In this document: positions 26,619-39,941 of the stretch, in pieces
Position numbering within the stretch: position 1 is the stretch's first letter
Layout of the letters: the number at the start of each line of letters is the position of its first letter
Assembly: GCF_009914755.1 (NCBI RefSeq)
Contig: NC_060931.1
DNA from: the human T2T-CHM13v2.0 reference genome, Homo sapiens
DNA: 64,000 nucleotides
Reading direction: 5' to 3' (one strand)
The notes under the pieces: model-generated
Told to the model about the DNA's origin: nothing
What the model saw: only the letters and a program-made list of their open reading frames with translations
The model's database searches: none
Translations under genes and position numbers: made by a program

Positions 26619-29600
26619 CTAAATTAAAACATTTTTAAGTTTCTATTATTAGCAATACTATGCTATCTTACATAAAATGTACATTAAATCAATCACTAAT
26701 ATGGTTAAACCACAATCAACCACTTTATGGGCATTTATGAAATATATTATTACCATTAAAGAGGAATTTAAAATAGTTAAATGGTTGAATATAAATGAGC
26801 AAGCTGTACGAACTTACAGATAACTATATATAACACAGGTGCAGAATAAATCCTGTGTCAATATGAATGACACACATCATTTACTTACAAAAATATTGTG
26901 GAACTATCTTTTTTTTTAAATTGATTTCTTTAAAAACCATCGTATCTAATCAGACTTCTTTGCTTTTATTGTTAATGCTATTACCCACTGCTCTAGGCAA
27001 CACTGAAGAGGGAATAATCAATCTTAAGCTCTGGGCATTTGATTCATACAAATTAAATTCTGCAAACTATAATTTATAAATATCTTATTGACCTGCTCAT
27101 GAAAAACTATTGAAAATTTTAATGCAAATATTTCAAAGCAAATTTAATAGTATCCTAAACTGAGTTAAGTAATCTTCACTTTATATAAATAAGGAAAATC
27201 TTGTGGGTAATTCAGGGCATACTGCATTATCGTAGTACTACCCTTCCTTCACCGCATCATATACCTTCCTATTAAAGCTACTACTTTTTCAACTGGTAAC
27301 AAAAATTCTCTCTCATTTTTCTTTATCTCTTGCTTGTACTTCACTCACTTGAATTTAACTTGCTATTGTTTTTTCTAAAAGTCCAATTTAAAAATGCATG
27401 CACGAGAGATTTCTGTAAGTATGTATTTTTAAGCACAAAAAGTTTGTGTTATATTTATTTGATATTCATATCTAGTGTAAAAATCTGTTAAATAGAGCAC
27501 AGCAATAAAGGTGTTCATGTTGCAATGCTTCTGGTATAAATCTGGTCAGTTATATTAATTTTACAAAAAAAAATACAAAGTTTCATGACTTCTGATTATT
27601 TACTTCCATCTCCAGCCACATGTCTCAAAAATAGGTGGAACTGCTCACATTGGGGATTGAGTGTCTAGGGCCCTGCAAGTATGTCATTGTTAGTGCATAA
27701 ATTGCTCTTCTCCGCTAAAGAAACAATCCAGACAAAATATATCTAAGCCTATGTAGTCATACTAAGTGTGCATTATAAAATAGACCAAATTGCACACTTT
27801 CTAAAACTTACCTATGGTCAGTAGAGAGACATATACCTCTTAAAATAATTACAGAAAGGGCAACATTTGAAAAACCTAAACCAAAATATAAAATGTGTGA
27901 GTCAATAGCTGCTAAAATCATTATGTTGTTTTGGTCTTAACATGATAATATAGAAGTGTATCTTCATATCGATTTCAATGACAGTTTTATTTATCTCAGT
28001 TTTTTCCTTCTGAGATTTACAATGTTTTTTTTATGGGAGTAACTGAGTAATTATGCAGATAGAGTGAAACACTGTTACATTTTATAGTCTCTATATTGCT
28101 TCTGCCTATAAATGTGACTGATCACACTGACCATGTACAGTGAAAAAATAACCCCCTCATTTTTCTTTCTTCTTGTTCTACATTACTTATAAAATACAAG
28201 GCAAATACTATCTTCCAAAAAATGTTTTATTAGTGTAAAATTGAAGAGTATTTAAAAGTCGAAGGGAATAAATAATCAAGGCAGCTTGTTCCCTAAATAT
28301 TAGTGTGACTTTGGCCTGTCAGATTATATTGTAATTCTGTCCATAATTTTGAGATATTTTTCTTTCTTATATGCCCTTACTAATTTTCAAGATCTCTGCA
28401 AATATGAAGCTCACCAAACACGAAAGAAACTAATGAAGGTCATTCCAAGAGTAAGAGGCTTTATATACTTTGTCTAAGAGAAAATGCTATATTTTAAGAA
28501 TGCTGATGCTCTGCTAATGTTGCTAAATAGTACGGCTCACCCCTCTGAAATGCAAAGCTTAAAGCTAACATCTATTGTAGAATAAAACCAAAAATGTGAT
28601 TCCTATAATTTTTTTTTTGACCTTGAATGAATTTAGAAATCTAAAGGAGGATAAAGAAGCAGATCTTCCCTAGACTTACCAGCCCTTCTGAGAAGGGTAA
28701 GGGTAGCACAAAGCTCGGGAACATGGGGTAGTCTCCAAGCAACTAATTAGAAATTGAAAAGCAATCTGAGCATGTACATTGCTGTTTAAATAATGACAAT
28801 TTAAAACTTCAGAGAGCACCCAAGTCATTATAGCCATGACCCCCAAAGTTTGTGCAATCAGTGAATCACAGGGCCCCTGCTGGTTTCCTGTCAAACGATC
28901 AAAGCAGGAAATATGAAAACCACTCTGAAGAACCACTAAATCAATTAACTGTTTACTTTTTACCCAAGCTTCCTCAAGATGCCAACTTTTGTCACCTTTG
29001 TCAAAAAAAAAATTCAATTTAACTTGACACCCTTTTCTAACATCTGAGACCTCTGCATTGCAATAGCAAGTGATATTAAAAAGGTAATGCTTTCCTAACT
29101 CCCTTTTAAGCAACTACAAAGTCATGCTACATTAGTAACATACATCTTCCCCAGTTAAAAAAAAAAAAAAAAGGGACTAACAATCACTAACTAAATGGGC
29201 AGTTATGTTGTTCCTGTGTTCCATAATGCATCTTTCCATGAACAATGAAAGAAGAGAGGCCGCGTTAGTCATCGGTCCATCCACAGCAGCACGTTTTCTG
29301 CTCTGCTTTGTTAATTACAGGATCAGCTTTCAATAAATCTCGAATAACAAGCTGCATGTGCTCAGCAGGGCAATGGAAAGCCCCCTCTTACGCTACACAA
29401 AGCTCAGCAAGAATGATGCTCTTTGTCTATTTCTCCAAAAATGAACTCCCTCCTAACACAAAAGAAAAGGTTTCCTACTGGGGCAAGGAAGAGATAAATT
29501 GTAATAGGTCAACGTTGGCTAAAATTAAGTGCATGATGAATTATGTGCATAGGAATCTTTAAGTAGGGATGTCCACTGTTTTCAGAAGAAGCGAAGGTAA

Positions 29601-29650
29601 TCACTCCATCTTTAAAAAAATCAGAACTTGAGGCAAAGTGTAAAACCTAC

Positions 29651-29719
29651 CATCGAATTTTTCTGGGACAACACAGGTGTCATCATAAAACTGCCTGGGG
29701 CCCTTTTCAAACATACAGC
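29651..29719 (-). CDS. ETV1: ETV1 coding exon (exon 11; 69 nt; GCMFEKGPRQFYDDTCVVPEKFD)
   Basis: Acceptor TTCATCCACAG|GCTGT, donor GATG|GTAGGT; translation matches ETV1. Confidence 0.96.
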
Positions 29720-29814
29720 CTGTGGATGAAAAAGGAATACATTTATTCATGATAGAAATGAAGCTCACAAACACTTAAAATATAACCATTTAACATAAAA
29801 ATTGTGATAGAAAA

Positions 29815-29990
29815 TGACTCTGCCACCACCTTTCAGTTCCTTGAGCCCTGGACACATTATTTAACCTCTGTGCCTCAGTTTCCTCATCTATTAAATGGGA
29901 TGACAGTAACACCACTTATCATGTTATAGGGTTGCTGTAGTTTAGAGTGATGCCTAGTACACAGTGAAATATAAAAGTTAGTTATTTACA
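29815..29990 (+). mobile_element. MIR
   Basis: Core ttatttaacctctgtgcctcagtttcctcatctattaaatggga. Confidence 0.8.
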
Positions 29991-31258
29991 TTGTTAACTC
30001 AAGCCAGAGCTCACCTAAACATTGGCAAGGATTTATAACGTATCGTCTCCTTTTTTAGATTCATCTAAATTTTATTGTTCAATGAAAAAGTGAGAAAGCA
30101 AGGTGAATTACTGGTATTCACATTATATTATTAGTCTGATGCTCTGAGACAGATTTATTTTATCCTCTTACTTTCTTGTAAAAATATTTAGATGGGTTAA
30201 CCTTCCTGTACTCAATTAGCAAGATAAGAGGAAAAAAAAAGTTTCCCTTTTTTTTTTTTTTTTTTTTGCTGTAAGGTAAGTCCACAGAAAAAAATGCAAA
30301 ATAAATCAACAGCTTTTCATAATAATGTCCTCTCTCAAATATCCTTCACTGTGAACTTTCGTTGTTGCTATCTGTGATTACCAGGAATAAATTTCATAGA
30401 GTTTACTTTTATTTCTCAAATGTATTGGTCTTTATGGTGGGTATATAATACTAACAACAGAAGCAACAATAATTACATTGCATTTGTGCAAAACTTTTAA
30501 TTTCAAATATTTTACATTTACCATCTCATACTACCCTTTAAAATTCTACTAATATCATTTACACAAAATAACCAATATTAGACCTAGCCTAAAAGAATGC
30601 ATCCAAGTCAATCCTATTAAAGAGATGTAGAGTGTTTAGGTTAGGAACCATGCACATATTTCAGAAATCCTTTATTGAGGATTATATCCAGACGAAATCA
30701 TTTTTACCATTACTTTTTAGGTATCAAAGTCCTTTACAGGCAAAGCTTTCCTACCACGGTTACCACAAGCCTGTCTATGAGAAAACTCTTTCTCTAGGCC
30801 TCCTATGTGAAATCTCATTCATATAAATTATTTGTCCAAAAATATAAAATCCAGAACATTTAAAGGTGAAAACCTTTAAATCGATGGCATTTTACTCCAA
30901 AACTATGACTAGGTCTGTAAAAGCAAAACCAAATATTCCTCAAAGATACATTTCAGTAGTAGTAAAGTGGGCTAATCTATAAAGCATATGTTCTATTTTA
31001 AAAGGATGTGGTTGTTGGCAAAAAAGAACACAGAAATCCACTTTTCAGTTGTTTCTACGCATATGACTCATGTTAACAACAAGATACCACTACTTGAAAC
31101 ATCTTCTTTTTACTTTGGAGATAGTCTTAAAACAATTGCTTAGGGAACATAAATGATTTTTCCCAAATAATATAATGATTAATTAAATGACGTCATATTT
31201 GGGATGTCTGATTATTCTGAACGGTATTTACACGGAATTTCAGTGGTGGACAACTTAA

Positions 31259-31327
31259 CTTCTGTTCTGCTGGGATGAGCCAGGAAGCCTTCTTGCCTCA
31301 TATAAATGGAGTGGCAGCTAGGCACTT
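31259..31327 (-). CDS. ETV1: ETV1 coding exon (exon 10; 69 nt; EVPSCHSIYMRQEGFLAHPSRTEG) with non-canonical donor
   Basis: Acceptor TTTCCTCTTTCAG|AAGTGCCT; translation matches ETV1. The frame requires the exon to end GAAG, followed by intronic TTAAGT. Confidence 0.9.
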
Positions 31328-33344
31328 CTGAAAGAGGAAACAATATTGGTCAAAAAGAGTCTGGAGCTGAAACGCTGCGGTTATCAATGGACAGGGTGCA
31401 GACAGAGAAGATACAGAAACGGACACAGGTTCCAATGTGGGGAACATGTCAACATATAATCAACATTTCAGGCAGGGCCCACACATGAAATGAAAGAATG
31501 AAGAGTATATATCTTGGTGAATGCTGATTCTCTTGAATAGGAAGGTGAATTCAAAGTTTTACCCAAATAAACCTTGCTAAAAGTCAGCTCAAACAGCAAC
31601 CCACATGAATGAGATGGTGTCCTTGAAACAGGGTCACAAGTTTTAAATATGCATCAGGACATTTAGCAAATAAATTTGTATAATCCCATAGCATTCTATG
31701 AATATAGCAACATTGGAAATATTTAGAAGCTTTCAAGTTGAAAATACTGTAAAATGTATTATCAAAAGTTTTATTATGCTATTATACTATGCCTTCTTCA
31801 TATGAAGTATTATGAAGCATATAATTCTGACCATATAAAAGACAGAGTTAACACTGTTTCCTGATATCTGCATTTATAATAGGGTTGCAGTATAGTTAAT
31901 CTTTTGGGTTACCAAATAGTTAGCAATCCATTTTAGCCCAACTTCTTAACCAATGGTACTTCAAATTAATTTTTAATGCTATTTTGATTTATTCCCAGAC
32001 GTAAGGTCCCTTAAAGCAGCTGGGACTGGAAGGGACAGTGTTAATAACTCTGCCATCAGCTCAGCAGCTGCTTTGAGGCAAGCATTTTGTTGAACTAATG
32101 TTGACACCCTGCCACAAAATACTTTTATTGACTGCTGCACACCTGGATTGCGGCTATAAAAACAGCTGGCTGACTCTGGAGGCAGCCAGAGGAAAACAGA
32201 TAGGCTAAACTCTATTACATATAAGTGTGACTAAATGCAGTCTTTCCTTCCCAGAGTGGGAGAAAAGGAGGGAGAAAGGAAGTGCAAACATTTCTGAGAA
32301 ATTCACTATTTAATGTCAAAGAACACCTTATAAAAGTGTTTTAACATATGACAAAATTAGCATAACCCTGGAAAACTAGATATTTGACATCAAATTTGAG
32401 ATCTGATGGATAATTTCACTAATACCATCTCTATTCAAATGGCTGATTTGTTTATTGCTATATTTACTTTATAACATTCTTAATAAATTCTAATCTATGA
32501 TATTTAAGATATACTGATTTAAAATTCATAATAAATTAATAACATATAATAAGGTTAATGCCAGAATCTCCATTACACTTCCAAAGGCCCAACTTGTGAA
32601 CTCAAAAAAGCAATGGATGGCAATTTAGAAATATATGGAATACGACTGTGTTTTTGCCAATTGCTGTTACTATTTATACTCTAGTGTAAATAAAATTAAC
32701 ATCTAGCTCTTAAAATGGATACACTTGGCTAGCATTGTTTAAATCTGGTCTATACTTAAAATTGGTGTCCTTTATACAGTCCAGAGAAGCCTGAAAAAAT
32801 ATGGCTAAGGGGAGATTATCCCCATAAAGTAAGTAAAGTCATGTTATCCTTAAGTGATATCAGTTAATTTATGACTATCAGAGTGGGTCAGACTCTAATC
32901 AAATTGTAGAAACATTTCCAAAGTGATTATTCAATCAAATGACTAACATGGTTAATTAGGAGCCATAAACATTGCTCTGAAGTTCATCAAAGTAATGACT
33001 TGCCCAGAAAAATTACTGCTAATTAAATTGCCTGCTGCTTTCATTTCTACCTTATCTAATAAAAAATCCAACCAATGAAGTTTGGCATTACATTTTAACT
33101 TTTGTTAAATGCTTGACTATGATCCAAACTAGCTAAGCGGCGACTTCAAAGGCAAATGTTTTGTGGCAGAGGAAGGAGGCATTGCATATGCATTCAGTTC
33201 TGTTTCTTCACGAATAAAATGTACAAAGTTCAACAACCGTAACAAGCTGTAGTTTAACTCATGCAAAAATATTAAGATGACAGCATATTCACACTGTCCT
33301 ATTATGCATCCACAGATTATAGTTTAAGGATCATTAGTACAAGT

Positions 33345-33610
33345 ACAGCACAATGGTTATAAACAGGCACCTTGTCATCTGATAGAACTGATTTTGAATC
33401 TCAGTTCTGACATTGCATGGGAGTATGACATTTTGTTGTTATTTAACATCTCTAACTCCCAACTTCCTCATCTGTAAAGTGGGAATAATAATAATAATGA
33501 CATCCTTAAAAGGGTTGTTGGGAGGACCACGTGGAGTAAGTTATGTGCAACATTTCGCACAGTATCTGCACACTGTAAGAATTCACCATATGGGACTTAT
33601 TATTAATAAC
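33345..33610 (+). mobile_element. MIR
   Basis: ttgaatctcagttctg..ttatttaacatctct..cttcctcatctgtaaagtgggaataataata. Confidence 0.8.
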
Positions 33611-33898
33611 ACTATTTTTAAGTGATCCTCACAAGTATTTAAACTGAGTACTTTAACCACAGTACTTAAAACTAAAAATAATTATATATCTAAATAAGTT
33701 ACATTTGTTATCTTACTCTGCTGTTCTTAAATTATATGAGATGACTGATTTGTTGATTATTAGTGTATCTATTTTGGAATATTTTTCACAAATCTATCTA
33801 TTAATCTATGATATCTAAAATACAATAAAATTCATTATAAACTTATAAGGTTTAAGCCAGACTCTCCAGTAGATGCTTTAACTATTTGGGGGTACCTC

Positions 33899-34276
<378 letters not shown>

Positions 34277-35938
34277 TAAAAGTTTTAAATTAAATCTAAA
34301 AATTAAATTATGTAAATTTAATTTAGGACAAAGAATTTTATTTGTTTCAAAACTTGTGGATCAAAATGCTCTATGACATATTAGTACTGGCCAAATCAGC
34401 TTACAGAAATTAAACTGCCTATAATTTGTTACAGATGAGTTCATGGTGATGAAAGCTGATCTAATATGCTGTAAAAATTCAAAGCAACAAAGCCCTGTTG
34501 TCATTTTAATGCACTAATCAATGTAGCGGAAGTTAAGAAGAATAATAAACTAACACCCCAAACTATCTAATTTGATTAGTTTTCACGTTTAGTAACATCA
34601 GTAAAGTTCTCTTCAAATTAAAATACGCAGACAAGAAACTAAAAAAAAAAAAAAAAAAAGTTACCTTCTTCTCTGTCTCTTGATTTGCATTTTCAAGCTA
34701 TGCTGGGAAACATAATATTGATTTGGGAAGCTTTACCAAAGGTTTGACCACAAAGTGCAGTATTGAATTTGCACATTTAAAATTGCTAGGCACTCTCTGA
34801 TTTGCATATTTGCTGCCTCTATAGCAGAATGGAGGCTCTCCTTTAGGGCAGAGTTTGCTTAAAATTTCAAGGATCTACATCAGGCCACGGCAAAGAGAAA
34901 AGATTTGCCACAGTTGTCTGAAATATCTGTACAGAGCTGGCTGAAATTGCTCTGCTATCAAATAGTGTGTAAATCTGGAATTATAACATATTATAACCTC
35001 TAAATAAGGGAGAAAAACAAGTCTTTTCCATTTGATGCTTTTGGTTAAATTCTTCTACCAATAACGACTGTATAACTTAATTAAGCATTTGAATCTCTTA
35101 GAGGAAATGAGAAATCTCAGTAAAATATAAATATGTTTGATGTTGTATTTTAATGTGGTTTTGCTTTCCTATAAGTATATAGTGCAAAGCTGGATTGATT
35201 ATACACTTGACTAACTCCTTGTGGAGTTGATATGACAAAATCAAGTGCACATAAACTTGTCTATTGTATATTGATGATTTCTAAAACTTGGTGCATAAAA
35301 TATCCAGAGCCAAAATGTGTATGTAAACACATATCTGAAATTATCATATACTCAGTAAAAAATGTGTGTATCAATGCATACCTAGGAGTTTCAACTAGTT
35401 TTTCAAAAACATTTGTCTATTATGTAAAAAATACTGAGTTGTATTAAGAATTAATATCACCAATCTCATTCAAGAAAGATGAGCATAGTGACAGATCTTG
35501 CCAACATTTTATCTCTTTTAAACTTAGTACTTCACTAGATTTTTTGTTTGCTTACTTCTTCTCATTTGCTGGTAAGCTCATAGTTTATGTTTAAAATCCA
35601 AAGGTTTACAAGGATGCATAGATTACCTGAGTTTTATGCAGATGTGTTTAAATGCAAAGCCATCACGTATATGCCATACTTTTAGCCTGCTTTTCCAATT
35701 GTCACATGTCAAATTGAGTGCACTCAATTGAGAAAACTTATTTCATAAAGTTTCCTAGAATGAATGATAATGGAAATAATTTTTTTTTTTTTACTTTTAC
35801 CATATGACCACTCTATTGCAGAACAAGTCTAAAAGTAATTATCTTCCAAAATAAGGACATATATATCTGAATTCATGTGAGAATGATAGCAAAAAAGTCA
35901 AGTTTTATAAGACCTATTTGCTGTTCATTAGGAAGCTC

Positions 35939-36106
35939 AATGTGAATATAACATCTTAGTTACTAAACTTGATGTGAATGTAACATCTTAGTTACTGAAC
36001 TGGATGTGAATGTAACATCTTAGTTACTGAACTGGATGTGAATGTAACATCTTAGTTACTGAACTTCACATGAATGTAACATCTTAGTTACTGAACCTCA
36101 TGTGAA
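35939..36106. repeat. 32-bp minisatellite, ~5.2 copies (GATGTGAATGTAACATCTTAGTTACTGAACTG)
   Basis: Units start at 35939, 35971, 36003, 36035, 36067, with a partial unit at 36099. Confidence 0.97.
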
Positions 36107-36377
36107 GAAGGCAGCAAAGCTGGAGAAATCCTGACAAGGGAGTGATGAATTTAGTATTACCTCACTCACACTTAGATGGGATCTTTCTCTTTAGGGTTTT
36201 AAGTAAACTGTGAATATAAATAATGTAAAATCTGCAGAGATACTTACTTCACAATAGCTCGGATGTACTGAATCTACTATTGATTGAGTATGGGGGAGAA
36301 ATATGTTAATTTTTAGATGGTTTTAATATGCTTGTAATAGCATTTGCAAAATCTTAAAAAAAAGAGAGAAAAGTAGA

Positions 36378-36990
<613 letters not shown>

Positions 36991-37310
36991 AAGTAAAAGT
37001 AGAATAAGTAAATAATGCAGTTATCGCAGTTATCTGAATTTACGTGCTTTTGAAAGTTTAAGGCTACATGGCGAAAAATAACAGTATAGAATTTTATCTA
37101 CACAATTATAAACTTCTCTTGTAAGCACCTGGGGTTTTCTTTTGGACAATACCCCACACAAATAATGACCAGATCCAAACAACATTAGATTATATGATCT
37201 ACTAGGCTCGCACTATTACAAGTTTTACAAGCCTGTGATAGTCTTACTAAGCTGAAATTTTAAAATAAAGTTGAAGTGATAGAAAACATAGACACAACTG
37301 TAACTTTGAG

Positions 37311-37638
<328 letters not shown>

Positions 37639-37704
37639 AACTTTGAGTATTTATTTCATACTACCATACTCTGACAATTAACAGAGGTTTAAAAGAAAAT
37701 ATGA

Positions 37705-38075
<371 letters not shown>

Positions 38076-38248
38076 TTAATGTGGAATTTCAATTTTAAAT
38101 TTCTCTCTTGCTGGAAACTACATGATTTGAAAAAAAACATACCATGAACAGCTTTGTCCTCTTGTTTTCATCTCTCCTTGGATCACCACAATATTCAGAT
38201 AACTTTTTCTATTTGCTTTGCATATGAATAATACTAGTAAGAAGTTCA

Positions 38249-38911
38249 TTTGGGTATATACCCAGTAATGGGATGGCTGGGTCAAATGGTATTTCTAGTT
38301 CTAGATCCCTGAGGAATTGCCACACTGACTTCCACAATGGTTGAACTAGTTTACAGTCCCACCAACAGTGTAAAAGTGTTCCTATTTCTCCACATCCTCT
38401 CCAGCACCTGTTGTTTCCTATAAATCATGCTGCTATAAAGACACATGCACAAGTATGTTTATTGCGGCATTATTCACAATAGCAAAGACTTGGAACCAAC
38501 CCAAATGTCCAACAATGATAGACTGGATTAAGAAAATGTGGCACATATACATCATGGAATAGTATGCAGCCATAAAAAATGATGAGTTCATGTCCTTTGT
38601 AGGGACATGGATGAAATTGGAAATCATCATTCTCAGTAAACAAGAACAAAAAACCAAACACCGCATATTCTCACTCATAGGTGGGAACTGAACAATGAGA
38701 TCACATGGACGCAGGAAGAGGAATATCACACTCTGGGGACTGTGGTGGGGTGGGGGGACGGGGGAGGGATAGCATTGGGAGATATACCTAATGCTAGATG
38801 ACGAGTTAGTGGGTGCAGCGCACCAGCATGGCACATGTATACATATGTAACTAACCTGCACAATGTGCACATGTACCCTAAAACTTAAAGTATAATAAAA
38901 AAAAAAAAAAA
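38249..38911 (+). mobile_element. 5'-truncated, 5'-inverted L1PA2-like element
   Basis: Inverted segment 38249-38419, then a sense 3' end 38418-38911 with poly-A. TSD aagaagttca (38239-38248 / 38912-38921). GCTAGATGACGAGTTAGTGGG has GAG, not ACA/ACG. Confidence 0.95.
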
Positions 38912-39109
38912 AAGAAGTTCAGCAAGACTGTTTCTCTTGCTGGACTAGCACAATATGATTGTTTTAAGAGTATTGTCTCTCTTATTTTATCTTATCCTCT
39001 AGCCCCAAATACTGTACTTTAAATTATTAGAAATAATAATGGCATCTTAATAAAGGACTAGCAGTCTTTGAAGAAGTATCTAGTCAAAATAAAATCATGT
39101 CAATGGGAA

Positions 39110-39320
39110 TCCTTTATTATTGCCTGCACCCCTATTATGTGCTAGAAACGGTATCAGTGACTTTATAAACATAACCATATTTACCCGTTACAAAAACACT
39201 AAAAGATGAGAGTTATTTGCCCTTTTATAAATGAAGAAACTGGAGGCATAAGGGGTTACAAAACATGCTCAATATGACACAAATCGTAAATGGATGTCAG
39301 GCCCAGGATTTACTATAATA
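39110..39320 (-). mobile_element. MIR
   Basis: ctattatgtgctagaaac..ccttttataaatgaagaaactggaggcataaggggtta. Confidence 0.7.
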
Positions 39321-39586
39321 TTTCCAGTGTCATGCTAAGTGAGTGGTTTTATTTTTTAATACTAAGAAAAACAGATGGAGCAGTGAAATGTACAGACCCA
39401 CATACTAAAAAAAAAAATTACCAGAACAGAGAGTTGAAAAATACTTTTAAAGAGAATAGTTAAATGAATCACAATAACACATGCTTGTTGTTCTTTTGGT
39501 TTTTTTTTTTTGATACTTTTCATATTTATCTTTGAATTACTCTCCTGTAAAATTTTCCAGATTGTTAGAAACAACTAAATAGAAAC

Positions 39587-39590
<4 letters not shown>

Positions 39591-39626
<36 letters not shown>
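39591..39626. repeat. (CA)18 microsatellite
   Basis: Direct reading. Confidence 0.97.
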
Positions 39627-39630
<4 letters not shown>

Positions 39631-39904
39631 AAGAACAATAACCATCTATTTAATCTGATAAAAATTCCTTGAAAATTTTTTCAAGTTGTTCATATCCTAG
39701 TTGAAAATGTTTTATGAAATAAAATGTCTCTTTTCCTCAAACCTATTAGTTAACTCATTTAAGTATAGAAATCATTTAAGTGTAAAAATTCTAAAACTAT
39801 ATTCAAAACCTAAAAACAGATACTTAGTTATGTAAACACTTTAAAAAATGTTATATGTTCCCTTCTTTTGTTCATATTCATGAAACAGACAAAAACACAC
39901 AAAG

Positions 39905-39935
<31 letters not shown>

Positions 39936-39941
39936 AGAGAG
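39905..39941. repeat. (CA)n(GA)n compound microsatellite
   Basis: Direct reading. Confidence 0.9.

Noticed and set aside
29651-31327. Two adjacent 69-nt phase 1-1 exons as a duplicated, mutually exclusive pair
   Set aside because: No sequence similarity between them, and both are present in full-length ETV1.
35939-36106. CRISPR-like array (palindromic ~32-bp repeats)
   Set aside because: Units are contiguous with no unique spacers, there are no cas genes, and the context is a human intron. It is a minisatellite.
38433-38870. 145-aa minus-strand ORF
   Set aside because: Antisense translation of the L1 3' end.
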